Virus record (IMG/VR): IMGVR_UViG_3300015615_000735
Span: 62,001-91,118 of that record
Strand: one strand, 5' to 3'
DNA: 29,118 nt
Origin: an uncultured virus (IMG/VR IMGVR_UViG_3300015615_000735)
Taxonomy: Duplodnaviria; Heunggongvirae; Uroviricota; Caudoviricetes
Program-made: the position numbers and the translations under genes
Notes under the pieces: model-generated
Seen by the model: only the letters and a program-made list of their open reading frames with translations
What the model was told of the DNA's origin: nothing
Databases searched by the model: none
Shown here: piece by piece, positions 15,405 through 24,253 of the stretch
Numbering within the stretch: position 1 is the first letter of the stretch
How the letters are laid out: each line of letters starts with the position of its first letter

Positions 15405-16708
15405 CGTTCGTTTCCTGGGTCTGAAACCACGGGCTTTAGGGCGGCCCTCGGTTCTGAACGCGTCTGCCCATTGAGCCACTACGGGACATGGTTATGATGG
15501 TCGAAGTGCTCGTCCGTAAGGCCTTCCGCTTCCGCGTCTACCCAACGACCGAACAGGTCGCTCGGGTCGTGGCATGGGAAGGCGCTCTCCGGTGGCTATG
15601 GAATATTGCTAATGAGCAGCGGATCGTCGGATACGTCCGACCTCAGAACGAGCGTCGCTTCCCTACAGCGTTCAGCCAGATCAACGAACTGACTGAGCTT
15701 CGGGCCGCTCTTCCGTGGCTCGCCGACGTGCCACGCGATGTGTGCGCGCAACTCCTCATCGAACTCGATAAGGCATGGCAGAGGCGCTTCAAAAAGCTGT
15801 CGGGGAGCCCGCGTTGGAAGCGCAAGGGCCGGGACTTCCTCGGTATCACCGGACCGCACCCGAAATCGTGGCGCCTCGACGGATCCATTCTCCGATTCCC
15901 GAAGCTCGGCAATCTCCGCGCGGTCGTCCACCGACCCGTCGAGGGCAAGCCCAAAACATGTACGCTTCGTCGCGAAGGCGACCAGTGGTTCGCCTCGATC
16001 GTGTGCGAGATCGAGGTTCCGGACCCCACGCCGCGAACCGCACCGTCGGTTGCCATTGATCGCGGGGTCGTGAACGCCACTGCCGACAGCGACGGTCGCA
16101 TCGTCGAGTCGCCCCGTCATTTCCAAAAGGCACTCAGCCGTCTCGCTCGTGCGCAGCGCAACGTCTCCCGAAAGAAGAAGGGATCCAAGAACCGAGACAA
16201 GGCGAAGGCTCGCGTCGTTTGCATCCACCGAAAGGTGGCCAGGCAGCGCGCTCACTTCGTCCACCAACTCAGCGCCGGCTACGCCAAGAGCCACGGCATC
16301 GTCGTCGTTGAGAAGCTTCAGATCGGGAACATGGTCAAAGCCAACCGGGGCCTCGCGCGAGGCATCCTCGACGCGGGATGGGGTATGCTCGTATCGCAGC
16401 TCCGATACAAGCTCGCGTGGAGCGGAGGGACACTTGTCGAAGTGCCAGCCGCGTACAGTTCGCAGACGTGCAGTGAATGCGGATGCATCGACACGGAGAG
16501 CCGCACCTCGCAATCCGAATTCCTCTGCACTGCCTGCGGACACCGTGACCATGCTGACCTCAATGCTGCAAAGGTTTTACTCACCCGTGCGAATCGCTCG
16601 GGTCTGCCTGTGGAGGGCTCGCCACCGGGCGCCCGTCGAAGCAGGAAACGGCTGGTCGCACCCAGGCGGCCTGCCGAAAGCTCCATCCTTTAGGGTGGAG
16701 TTGATTAC
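15405..16708 (+). mobile_element. Non-autonomous IS200/IS605-family (IS1341-type, tnpB-only) element
   Basis: Right end AAAG-CTCCATCC-TTTA-GGGTGGAG-TTGA-TTAC; AAAG/TTAC obeys the IS608 guide/cleavage-site pairing rule. Left end degenerate (GAAA-CCACGGGCTTTAG...), boundary either 15405 (after CCAT) or 15417 (after TCCT). No tnpA. Confidence 0.85.
15506..16693 (+). CDS. tnpB: RNA-guided endonuclease TnpB
   Basis: KAFRFRVYPTTEQ N-terminus, RuvC-I AIDRG, RuvC-II VVEKL, Zn finger CSECG/CTACG, RuvC-III HADLNAA. Likely leaderless GTG start 7 nt after TATGAT (-35 TTGAGC at 15471); the ORF track starts it at 15488. Confidence 0.95.
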   Translation: MLVRKAFRFRVYPTTEQVARVVAWEGALRWLWNIANEQRIVGYVRPQNERRFPTAFSQINELTELRAALPWLADVPRDVCAQLLIELDKAWQRRFKKLSGSPRWKRKGRDFLGITGPHPKSWRLDGSILRFPKLGNLRAVVHRPVEGKPKTCTLRREGDQWFASIVCEIEVPDPTPRTAPSVAIDRGVVNATADSDGRIVESPRHFQKALSRLARAQRNVSRKKKGSKNRDKAKARVVCIHRKVARQRAHFVHQLSAGYAKSHGIVVVEKLQIGNMVKANRGLARGILDAGWGMLVSQLRYKLAWSGGTLVEVPAAYSSQTCSECGCIDTESRTSQSEFLCTACGHRDHADLNAAKVLLTRANRSGLPVEGSPPGARRSRKRLVAPRRPAESSIL

Positions 16709-16728
16709 GCTACCTCACTGGCCAGGCG
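16585..16728 (+). ncRNA. TnpB omegaRNA (reRNA) scaffold plus flanking-DNA guide
   Basis: GCCTGTGGAG...GAAGCAGGAA scaffold overlapping the tnpB 3' end, the RE hairpin, then guide GCTACCTCACTGGCCAGGCG from 16709; ends approximate. Confidence 0.7.
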
Positions 16729-18925
16729 GCGGCGTTCGGCCCGCCTCGGGCGTTCCAGGCGGCCCCAGCTGCCCCTCGACGACCTTCACCTGAATCGGGT
16801 GACTCATCAGGTAGTCGTTGAGCTGCTTCGACGTCGCGAGCATCTCCTGCTGGAGCTTCTCGGCGGCTTGCACGTTCGCGTCAGCGGCGACGGTGTCCTT
16901 GTGGCGCGAGTCCTTGATGGTCCCGCCGATGCCGTTGCCCTTGCCAGACCCAAACGCCATATCGCCCGCGCGGAACATCATCCCGGCGAGCGAGTTGTCG
17001 TACATGTTCGCGGCGAGTGCGGAGCCGAAACCCATCTTCTCGCCCTTCTTGGCCTCGGCAGCCTCCTTGCGCGCGGTGGCAAGGGCCGCATCGGCCTCAC
17101 CGAGCGCTCGCGTGTTCAAGGCCTGCTGGCCAGAGTTGACCTCGCCGCTCGACACACCCTTGCGCGAGGCATCGATGACGGAGCCGACGGAGGATTGTGC
17201 CTCTGCAAGCTGCGTCTTGCCGGGTTTGCTGCCGGTGACCCAGGTGACGAACGATGCCAGCGAGGCGGCGGCGTCGACGATAGACGGCGCGATCGCAACA
17301 AGCGCAGGGGTTAGTTCGTTCTGAACCTTGAGAAGGGTCTGTCGCATGGTCTGATTGAAGACCTCGGCCTGCGACTTCGGCTGCTTCATCGCGAGCGCGA
17401 ACGACTCCGCAGCTTCTGCCGCGTCGATGCTTGCCTTCTTGAGTTGCTCGAAGTTCGCACGCACCGCGGCTTCGCCCGCAGCGCCGCCGCCGGCCTGACG
17501 GTAGAGCGTCGCCGATTCCTCGACGGCGCGACCGCCTTGGACGTTGGCGAATATCTTCTTGAACTCCGTCGGATTCATCCCCTTGGCGCGGAGCGCTTCG
17601 ATGATGAGTTCCTCGGGATTCCTGAGCATGCCCTTTTTGTTGAATACTTCGACGCCAGTTGCGGCCTTGAATTCCTCAGCGCGCTTCGGCGTCTTGAGCA
17701 TCGAGGTGAACGCGGCGACGGACGTGGACGCCTGCGTAGCGCTGGCTGCACCACCGCCCTTACGAGCGGACTGCGCGAGAGCCCCGAGCATCACCATGTT
17801 GTCGGCGAGATTGCCCTCGAACTGCCCAGCTTGGGCCGACAGCTTGTCCATCTGCGACGCGAGGTCTTTGATCTCGACGGCGCCCAGCTTTCCCTGCGCG
17901 GCAAAGCTGTTCATGATCTGGTTGAGCTTTTCGCTCTTGTTCTCGGTGTCCCCCATCGCCATCGAGACGCCGCCGGCAGCGCTCATCATGTCACTGAGGT
18001 TCGCGCCCGTGGCCTTCGACAGCTTGGCCATGTCAGCGAGGATCTCTCGCCCAGTCGCAAGGTCGCCCGTCTTGGACGTGAAGTCGCCGAGACCCGCCAT
18101 CGCGTCGTTCGCGTCGAGGCCTGCCATCTTTCCGACACGAAGCGAGTCCTCCGCGAGCGTGTTGGCGCTCACGCGAAGGCCGTTGCGCGCATCGCCGGCC
18201 TGATAGCCGCTGTTCGCAATGTCCTGCGCCGACTGGGTCAGCGCGAAGTTCTTCTGCGCCATCGCACCGAAGTCGGTCTCGACTCCAGCGCCGCGCGCGA
18301 GGTCCATGGCTACGGACGCAGCGAAGCCACCGGCGGCGCGAAGGCCACGGCCGGCGAGGGACGCGGCTCGTGCGCCACCAGCGCGCATCGCGGCGGACTC
18401 TTCCGCTCGGCTCGCGGCAGCACGATCGCTGGACGCGTTGTTCTTGCGGGCCTGGTCGCTCCAGTAGCGGTCGTAGTCCCGCTTCCGCTTGGCCATCTCC
18501 TGCTCGAGCTCGCGGGTCTTGCGCTTCTCCGCGCGCATCTCCTCGGAGGCCTGCTTCTCGGCGAGGCGCATCGCGTAGTCGGCGGACTTCTGCCGGACCA
18601 TCTGCCAATGCTTCGCGAGCTTGTCGGCTTCCGCGGCCTCCTGCTTCGACGCCTTCGCCGTCGCGGCAGCCTGGGCCTTCGCAGCCTTGTCGGCCGCTTT
18701 GACCTCTTCCTGGCGCCACTTCTCGGTCGTCTTGACGAGCTTCGCGTACTCGCGCTCTTCCTGCGAGAGGCCGGCCTTCGTCGCGCGCACGCGAGCATCC
18801 GCGGTCGCGCGCGTCGACTTCTCGATCGCTGCCTTCGCGCGATTCGCCGCCTCGATGGCCGGACGAAAGACGTCAGTCAGCGATCGGTCCGCCGCGGCGC
18901 CGACTCGGATGATGAGCTGAGACAA
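16715..18925 (-). CDS. Tail tape measure protein
   Basis: 736 aa, Ala/Gly/Lys-rich helical; QGKLGAVEIKDLA core motif; follows the chaperones; TTG start. Confidence 0.9.
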   Translation of the reverse strand: MSQLIIRVGAAADRSLTDVFRPAIEAANRAKAAIEKSTRATADARVRATKAGLSQEEREYAKLVKTTEKWRQEEVKAADKAAKAQAAATAKASKQEAAEADKLAKHWQMVRQKSADYAMRLAEKQASEEMRAEKRKTRELEQEMAKRKRDYDRYWSDQARKNNASSDRAAASRAEESAAMRAGGARAASLAGRGLRAAGGFAASVAMDLARGAGVETDFGAMAQKNFALTQSAQDIANSGYQAGDARNGLRVSANTLAEDSLRVGKMAGLDANDAMAGLGDFTSKTGDLATGREILADMAKLSKATGANLSDMMSAAGGVSMAMGDTENKSEKLNQIMNSFAAQGKLGAVEIKDLASQMDKLSAQAGQFEGNLADNMVMLGALAQSARKGGGAASATQASTSVAAFTSMLKTPKRAEEFKAATGVEVFNKKGMLRNPEELIIEALRAKGMNPTEFKKIFANVQGGRAVEESATLYRQAGGGAAGEAAVRANFEQLKKASIDAAEAAESFALAMKQPKSQAEVFNQTMRQTLLKVQNELTPALVAIAPSIVDAAASLASFVTWVTGSKPGKTQLAEAQSSVGSVIDASRKGVSSGEVNSGQQALNTRALGEADAALATARKEAAEAKKGEKMGFGSALAANMYDNSLAGMMFRAGDMAFGSGKGNGIGGTIKDSRHKDTVAADANVQAAEKLQQEMLATSKQLNDYLMSHPIQVKVVEGQLGPPGTPEAGRTPPPGQ

Positions 18926-18928
18926 AGA

Positions 18929-19489
18929 TCACCCGTTCGGGTTGAGGTCGTCGAGCACGAACGCGAGGAGCCGCCGCATGCGCGCGCGCTTGAGCGCGGA
19001 CAGGTTCGGGCTCTTCTCCGCGAGGAGCGCCGGGAGCGTCGCGATCTCCTCGTCCGTCGCCTCGCGGCGGGTCGGGTCGAGAGACAGCCTGGTTCGCTCC
19101 CACGCGTCGAATACGAGCTTCAGCCCGTCGGACGTGAAGTACTCGCGGACCATGTCCTCGGGGGCCGCCTTGATGGGGTCCCAGGCCGAGGTCACGTCGT
19201 TCGGATCGCAGAGCGCTTGGCTCACGATGTGGGCGAGGAGCGCGTCGTTGTGCGCGTCGATGAATGCTTGGAGGTCGTGCGGTTTCGATGCGTCGGCGTT
19301 TGGCACGGCGCGGAGTGCGCGCTCGCGAGCCTGGGCTCGAGCAACCTGAAGGTCCTGGTGAGCGATGAGGCGAAGGCCCGCGCACATGGTCTCGCGTGGG
19401 CGATCCTCCCAGTCACTTCGGAAGGCGTTCGGGGGAATGTTGACGAAGCCCGGCGGCAAGCTGGCTTCGTTTGCCGACCAGACGGTCAT
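18929..19489 (-). CDS. Tail assembly chaperone, second paralog
   Basis: 186 aa between chaperone and tape measure; aligns by eye with 19490..20116 (LRLI..D..ARAQAR; IVSQALCDPND; FTSDGLKLVFDAW..LDP). Confidence 0.6.
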   Translation of the reverse strand: MTVWSANEASLPPGFVNIPPNAFRSDWEDRPRETMCAGLRLIAHQDLQVARAQARERALRAVPNADASKPHDLQAFIDAHNDALLAHIVSQALCDPNDVTSAWDPIKAAPEDMVREYFTSDGLKLVFDAWERTRLSLDPTRREATDEEIATLPALLAEKSPNLSALKRARMRRLLAFVLDDLNPNG

Positions 19490-20116
19490 TCATGACCCTT
19501 CCGTCGCTGTCTCGGGCGATCCAGTCGTGGCCGAGCCAGAGAGCGATTTGAGCGTCTGTGAGGTCGCGAGCAGGCGTGCCATAGAAAGAGCAAAGCTCCA
19601 CCGCATACCTGGCCGCGCAGAGACGAAAAAACTCATGTCGCCGTCCTCGCCCGTGGCGGTACGCACGACAGCATTCACGAAGTCGACCGGCTTCATCTTC
19701 GAGACGAGCGGGTTCGTTTCGTCCTGCCAGATTTGCTGCTGCTCGTAGAGGAACTCGATCAGCTCGGGCGTCAGTTCTTCCGACGCGACGATCTGCTCGA
19801 CGCCACCGTCGAAGACGGGCATCGGCGCGTTCGGCGGAGAGTCGACGTCGACGTATGCGAGCGCGATCGTGTGGAGCTTTCGCCCTCGATCGACCAGATC
19901 GTCGACCGAGTCGGTGTCGCTCGTGAGGCCCTTCGCGTAGGCGCGAGCCTCGGACTCGACACGATCGGCCTCGCCGGCGGTGAGCGCCCGCACGTCGAGC
20001 TCAAACGTGGGGCCCTTCCACTTGCCCGTCTCGAGGTCGAGAACGGCGCCAGGACGAGGGAGCGTGACCCGTTTCCGGAGTCGCGTTCCCTGCGTGATAC
20101 TGGAGTAGGACGGCAT
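19490..20116 (-). CDS. Tail assembly chaperone (G-like)
   Basis: True start MPSYSSITQG at a TGATG overlap with the tube stop; 208 aa; VRALTAGE, LTPELIEFLYEQ..NP. Confidence 0.75.
   Translation of the reverse strand: MPSYSSITQGTRLRKRVTLPRPGAVLDLETGKWKGPTFELDVRALTAGEADRVESEARAYAKGLTSDTDSVDDLVDRGRKLHTIALAYVDVDSPPNAPMPVFDGGVEQIVASEELTPELIEFLYEQQQIWQDETNPLVSKMKPVDFVNAVVRTATGEDGDMSFFVSARPGMRWSFALSMARLLATSQTLKSLSGSATTGSPETATEGS
19625..19631 (-). promoter_or_regulatory. -1 programmed frameshift site T TTT TTC (G to GT; GT would end at 19413, 234 aa)
   Basis: In-frame AGT TTT TTC; the -1 frame is open and reads RLCAARYAVELCSFYGTPARDLTDAQIALWL. Confidence 0.7.
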
Positions 20117-20493
20117 CAGCCCGAGATCTTGGGCTTGGCGCCTTCCATCACGATCGAGCCGGTCGTGACGCCCTTCTCGGTGTCCGACTTGTAGCTCGCG
20201 GTGAGGACGGCCATCTTCTGCTTGTAGAACTTCCCGCCGATCACGCACGACACGTCGATGTCCTCTTGAGCGAGGATCTTCTCGATGTCGTTCGTTGAAG
20301 TCGACCCGGTGACGGGCACAACTTCGGTGACGGTCAGCTTCATCTTCGCCTGACCCTTGGAGTAGGCAATGATGCCTTCCTGGCCATAGAGCGCCTCACG
20401 CCCCATCGAGAATTCGACCTCGACCGAGTTGACCTCGGCGGCCTTCTTGTTGCGCCAGTAAAAGGCAATCTGGCGGACGACTGCATCGGCCAT
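20116..20493 (-). CDS. Tail tube protein
   Basis: 125 aa beta-rich protein directly after the sheath. Confidence 0.8.
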   Translation of the reverse strand: MADAVVRQIAFYWRNKKAAEVNSVEVEFSMGREALYGQEGIIAYSKGQAKMKLTVTEVVPVTGSTSTNDIEKILAQEDIDVSCVIGGKFYKQKMAVLTASYKSDTEKGVTTGSIVMEGAKPKISG

Positions 20494-20604
20494 GGTGGTG
20501 GCTTCCTTCGGTGTGGGTCACACGCAAAAGCCCGCCACCAAGCGCACGAAGGTGCACTCAGCGACGGGCTGTAAAGTGGTGCGCGGGTGAGGCGCGAGTG
20601 GCCG

Positions 20605-22122
20605 TTAGGCCGTGTTGAAGATCTGGCGAAGCACGTTGTCCAAGCGATGCTGGACTCGGCGCACGGCCATCGGCGTGTCGGCGAGGATGTAGCGGCCGGC
20701 CTTGTTGAAGTCGGTCACGGGCGCCCAGACGCCGACGGGACGCTCTTCGAGCCACCCATTGGCGAACCAGTCGAGCATCCGATCTTGAGACGCGGCGCCC
20801 CAGAGCTTGGGGTACGCGACGCCGGTGGGCGGCGGCTCCTCACCCTCCGCCGGATCGGGTCCGACGTACGGGTTCTGCGGACGGAACTCCGTCTCGTAGA
20901 GCAGCTTCAGATCGACGGTGCCGTAGTCCGTCATGACCGGGTCGCCGATGTCGAGACAGCGCTCGTCCTGGGCGGAGCCGTTGAGCGAGTACGAGGTGAT
21001 CGAACGGACCACGCGAGCGGTACCGTCGACGGTCGTGATGGGCGTGACGCTGTTGTTCAGCGCGGCGTCCTGCTCGGTGTCGGTCGGCATGTCGACGTCG
21101 AACGCGTGCGGCGCGATGCCAGCGAGGACGAGTCCGTCGTAGTCCGGCACCGGCGAGGTCTGCTCCGTGACGGAGCGGATGGCCGCCTTCGCCGCTGCGA
21201 TCTCGCACGGGTGCGACTCGCTGTTTCGCATCCAGAGGAGCTGACCGCGGAACGCGTTCATCGTGGTCTGGGCGATCGACTGCGCAGAGGCGAGCGCGCC
21301 GTTGTGACCGACCACGAACTGCTCGAGGAGCAGCGAGAGCGGGCCGGCCTTCGTGTTGACGTGCGTCTCCCAGAGGCCGACGTTCGTGGCGTCGTTCTGG
21401 GCGACCGCGATGCGCGCGTAGCGCTGGGTCGTCAGCTTGGTGAGGAGCGTGGTGACGTCCTCAGCGCCCGTGCCCGTACCGGCCGCACCGAAGCGGTAGC
21501 CGTTGGTGTTGAGCGTCGCCGATCCGGTGATCGTGAGGACGAGGGCTGACGGCTTGTCGGTCGGATCGAAGTAGAGGATCCAGTCACGACCCGAGGCGCC
21601 CTTGTTCTTGAGCGTCCAGGTCAGTGTGTCCGTGCCCGTGTTGTAGGCGCACGTGGCGGGGAGGTCGGTCTTGGCGTTGAACGCGGCGGCGACGGCAGTG
21701 CCGACGTCGTCGAGCGACATCGTCGCAGAGACGTTCACCGCGACCGAGGTGCCCGCGAGGCGGAAGCGCAGGACGCCAGCCGCGACGGTGCCCGAGAGCA
21801 CGCACGTGATGGTTCCGGCGGTGCCTGCACCGGGCTCGGTGACGGCCGCGATGTAGAGCTCGAGACTCGGCACGCTGAAGGCCTTGAGAGCCATGCGCGC
21901 AAGCTGCGAGCCGGGGCCCGCGTACGCGTTGACCTCGTCCATACTCGTGACGCGGAGGATGTCCTGGTCCGCGACCATCGAGCCGGCGGAGGTCTTCATC
22001 CCGACGAGCAGGCAGCGAAGGCGACCGCTTCCGGCGGAGACGGAGCCCGCGCCGAAGACGATCTTGGCGATGTAGCGAGGGACCTTGTACGACGGCGAAA
22101 TGCCCGTGTTACCGACCGGCAT
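20605..22122 (-). CDS. Contractile tail sheath protein, Mu gpL-like
   Basis: YKVP, LLVGMK, GPGSQLARM, TLKNKGASG, TEQDAALNNSVTPI, VVRSITSY; 505 aa. Confidence 0.92.
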   Translation of the reverse strand: MPVGNTGISPSYKVPRYIAKIVFGAGSVSAGSGRLRCLLVGMKTSAGSMVADQDILRVTSMDEVNAYAGPGSQLARMALKAFSVPSLELYIAAVTEPGAGTAGTITCVLSGTVAAGVLRFRLAGTSVAVNVSATMSLDDVGTAVAAAFNAKTDLPATCAYNTGTDTLTWTLKNKGASGRDWILYFDPTDKPSALVLTITGSATLNTNGYRFGAAGTGTGAEDVTTLLTKLTTQRYARIAVAQNDATNVGLWETHVNTKAGPLSLLLEQFVVGHNGALASAQSIAQTTMNAFRGQLLWMRNSESHPCEIAAAKAAIRSVTEQTSPVPDYDGLVLAGIAPHAFDVDMPTDTEQDAALNNSVTPITTVDGTARVVRSITSYSLNGSAQDERCLDIGDPVMTDYGTVDLKLLYETEFRPQNPYVGPDPAEGEEPPPTGVAYPKLWGAASQDRMLDWFANGWLEERPVGVWAPVTDFNKAGRYILADTPMAVRRVQHRLDNVLRQIFNTA

Positions 22123-22125
22123 GGG

Positions 22126-22659
22126 TCACTTCCCTTCCGCGTTGTCGCGAATGAGCGTTTTGGAGATGACGGCCTTCTCGCGGCTCGGAGCCGGAGGCGC
22201 GGGGCCGTCCTGCTCCTCGGCCTTCGTCGGCACTTCGGCAAGGCGAGCCTCTTTGCCGTAGAGCGCCTGGAACGACTCGAGCGCCTTCGCCTTCTCGGCC
22301 TCGAGCGCCTTGTCGACGGGGAAATACGAGTCGCCGAACCCGCACATGCGCGCGGTCTTCTCGTCGGCCGCAATCAGCGAGCCGTCGTTGATGGCGTTCG
22401 CGATGTGAGAGCGAACGTTGGAGTCGTCGACCTGGATCTCGATGACCCGAGGCTTGCCGTCCTTGCCGAGCGGGAAGTAGAACGCGTGCTTGCCCGTCTT
22501 CGCGAGCTTGGCCTCGTCGAGGCGAGCCCCGAGCCAGATGCCGCGCGATGCGGGCAAGGCGACGACGCCCTGCGGAATACCGACCTTCGCCTCGTCGTCA
22601 CTCGACGGATCGATGGCGAGCGCCGCGAACGGATTCGCGACGACCTTCGCAATTTTCAT
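22126..22659 (-). CDS. Hypothetical protein in the Mu gp38 position
   Basis: 177 aa just before the sheath; HIANAINDGSLI weakly recalls DUF2635. Confidence 0.6.
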   Translation of the reverse strand: MKIAKVVANPFAALAIDPSSDDEAKVGIPQGVVALPASRGIWLGARLDEAKLAKTGKHAFYFPLGKDGKPRVIEIQVDDSNVRSHIANAINDGSLIAADEKTARMCGFGDSYFPVDKALEAEKAKALESFQALYGKEARLAEVPTKAEEQDGPAPPAPSREKAVISKTLIRDNAEGK

Positions 22660-22687
22660 GGGGCCTCGTGTGTTGGTCAGAGGCGAA

Positions 22688-23653
22688 TCACGCGTACGTG
22701 AACGCCGATGCGAGCGAGGCCGACGCGCCGTTGGGCAGCGTCACCTTCACCTCTTTGGCGCCCGCGCTCCCTGCCGGAGTCGTCGCCGTAATCGTCGATT
22801 CGTCGACCCACGCGACACTCGTGCAGGGCACGTCGTCGACGGTCAGCGAGAGAGGCCCGAGCAAGTCGTCCTCGAAGAATTGGGTGCCGGACACCGTGAT
22901 GGCGGTGCCACCTGCGAGCGGCCCCGAGCTCGGCGTGACCGAGGTCACGACGGGGCGAAATTCGAAGCTCTGGTATCCGAGCGTGTCGGGGCCGAGTGAG
23001 CCTTGGATGCCGCGAATTGCGTCGTAATCGTCGAGCGTGGCGACAATGAGCGACGTGACCTCGATGGTCACGAGGAGGGAGTCGTACGGGTAGGACTTCT
23101 CGCCCTTCATCACCTGGAACTCGAACGGCTTCGCGTCGCGCGCTTCGATCTTGGTGACGTTCAGGTGCTTGATGAGGAACGAGCCGTAGTTATCGGTCTT
23201 GGGATCGACGTCGTCTTGGACCTTCCAGGCGGGGTTCCGCCCGCGCTCGATGTTCCGCTGGATGGCGGTGGCGATCGCGTGCTTGAACGGATCGCGGATC
23301 GCGTCCTTCTCAAACTCTTCGAGATCGGGCACCCACAGCGCCGCAATCTGGGTCACCTGCGCCTTCCAGTCCTGCGAGTACGGCGTCAGCTTGGGCCAGC
23401 CGAGGCGGTACAGGAATAGGCACGGAAGGTCTGCGTCAGTGAACGCCGACTTGTTCGGATTGTGTGTCTGGATCGTCTCGATGACGTTCGGCTGTCGCGG
23501 GCAGACGACTCGCCATCCGGCGGCAAGGTCCGCGTTGACGGAGGCCTTCAGGAACGAGCCGAGGACGTCGAGAATCGGATCGCCGATCGCATCGGTCTCG
23601 GGGTCTCCGACGTCCTGCATGGGCAGGGTCAGGAGGCTCACGCGATCGGACAT
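22688..23653 (-). CDS. Putative tail completion/terminator protein with C-terminal IPT/TIG domain
   Basis: Synteny plus DLPCLFLYR N-domain; C-terminal PVVTSVTPSSGPLAGGTAITVSGTQF...TITATTPAG...AFTY is a typical IPT/TIG sequence. Confidence 0.75.
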   Translation of the reverse strand: MSDRVSLLTLPMQDVGDPETDAIGDPILDVLGSFLKASVNADLAAGWRVVCPRQPNVIETIQTHNPNKSAFTDADLPCLFLYRLGWPKLTPYSQDWKAQVTQIAALWVPDLEEFEKDAIRDPFKHAIATAIQRNIERGRNPAWKVQDDVDPKTDNYGSFLIKHLNVTKIEARDAKPFEFQVMKGEKSYPYDSLLVTIEVTSLIVATLDDYDAIRGIQGSLGPDTLGYQSFEFRPVVTSVTPSSGPLAGGTAITVSGTQFFEDDLLGPLSLTVDDVPCTSVAWVDESTITATTPAGSAGAKEVKVTLPNGASASLASAFTYA

Positions 23654-23660
23654 GGGCGCC

Positions 23661-24197
23661 TCAGCGGTCGAGAATCTGTTGGGCGTTGTCGATGCCGCGG
23701 TAGATCTCGCGGACCATCACGCGCTCGCACTTGAGATAGGCGTGATGCATGAACGGGTAGGGTCGCGAACCGGGGTGGTTCACGTAGCGAGCGAACATCC
23801 GGGTGCCGTTAGCGCCAATCCACGAGAGCACCGTGGCGCGTCGCGGGTAGATGACGTGAGGCCGAGTGCCTTCCTCGACGTACGAGGCGTACTCCATGCC
23901 AGCGCGAATCTCGCCGAACTGGGCGCCGTCGACGTCCGAAGGAAGGTCGGCCATGCTCGGCAGTCGATTGTTCGTCCCGCGCGAGGCACCCACGCTCGTC
24001 CGATTGCCCGTCAGCTTTCCGATGGTCGAGCGTTCAAGGTTGCCCGTTCGGTTGGTGTACGAGTGCAGCGCGCGGGCCTCAGCGGCGCCTTCCTGGACGC
24101 CTTGGGAGACGCCGCGGCGAGTGCCCGCGCGAATCGACGCGCGCACGCCTACCCACGCCTGGACGAGCGCGGATGCGTCTACTTCGCAGGTGAACAT
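23661..24197 (-). CDS. Neck protein, HK97 gp10-like
   Basis: RTGNLERS, EYASYVEEGTRPHVI, VNHPGSRPYPFM; 178 aa. Confidence 0.85.
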   Translation of the reverse strand: MFTCEVDASALVQAWVGVRASIRAGTRRGVSQGVQEGAAEARALHSYTNRTGNLERSTIGKLTGNRTSVGASRGTNNRLPSMADLPSDVDGAQFGEIRAGMEYASYVEEGTRPHVIYPRRATVLSWIGANGTRMFARYVNHPGSRPYPFMHHAYLKCERVMVREIYRGIDNAQQILDR

Positions 24198-24253
24198 GGG
24201 CCTCTAAAAGCTGGCCCCACGTGTTCCCGGGGAGGTTCGGGTGTGGGGCCTTG

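Noticed and set aside
15596..16552. 318-aa ORF antisense to tnpB
   Set aside because: Shadow frame of tnpB; no HUH/Y1 or serine-recombinase motif, so not tnpA.
15506..16693. Nuclease-dead TnpB (TldR-like) or Cas12f
   Set aside because: All three RuvC acidic residues are present, an IS right end is present, and there is no CRISPR array.
15405..16708. IStron that splices out of the late mRNA
   Set aside because: Only about 100 nt precede tnpB, too short for a group I intron core, and the element is antisense to the operon.
9430..19495. Long plus-strand ORFs (9430..11487, 12323..14182, 17444..19495)
   Set aside because: Arg-rich, motif-free antisense shadows of recognisable high-GC minus-strand genes.
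8490..22122. Tailocin or extracellular contractile injection system
   Set aside because: Protease, capsid, cement and head-tail connector genes are contiguous with the tail genes, so this is a phage.
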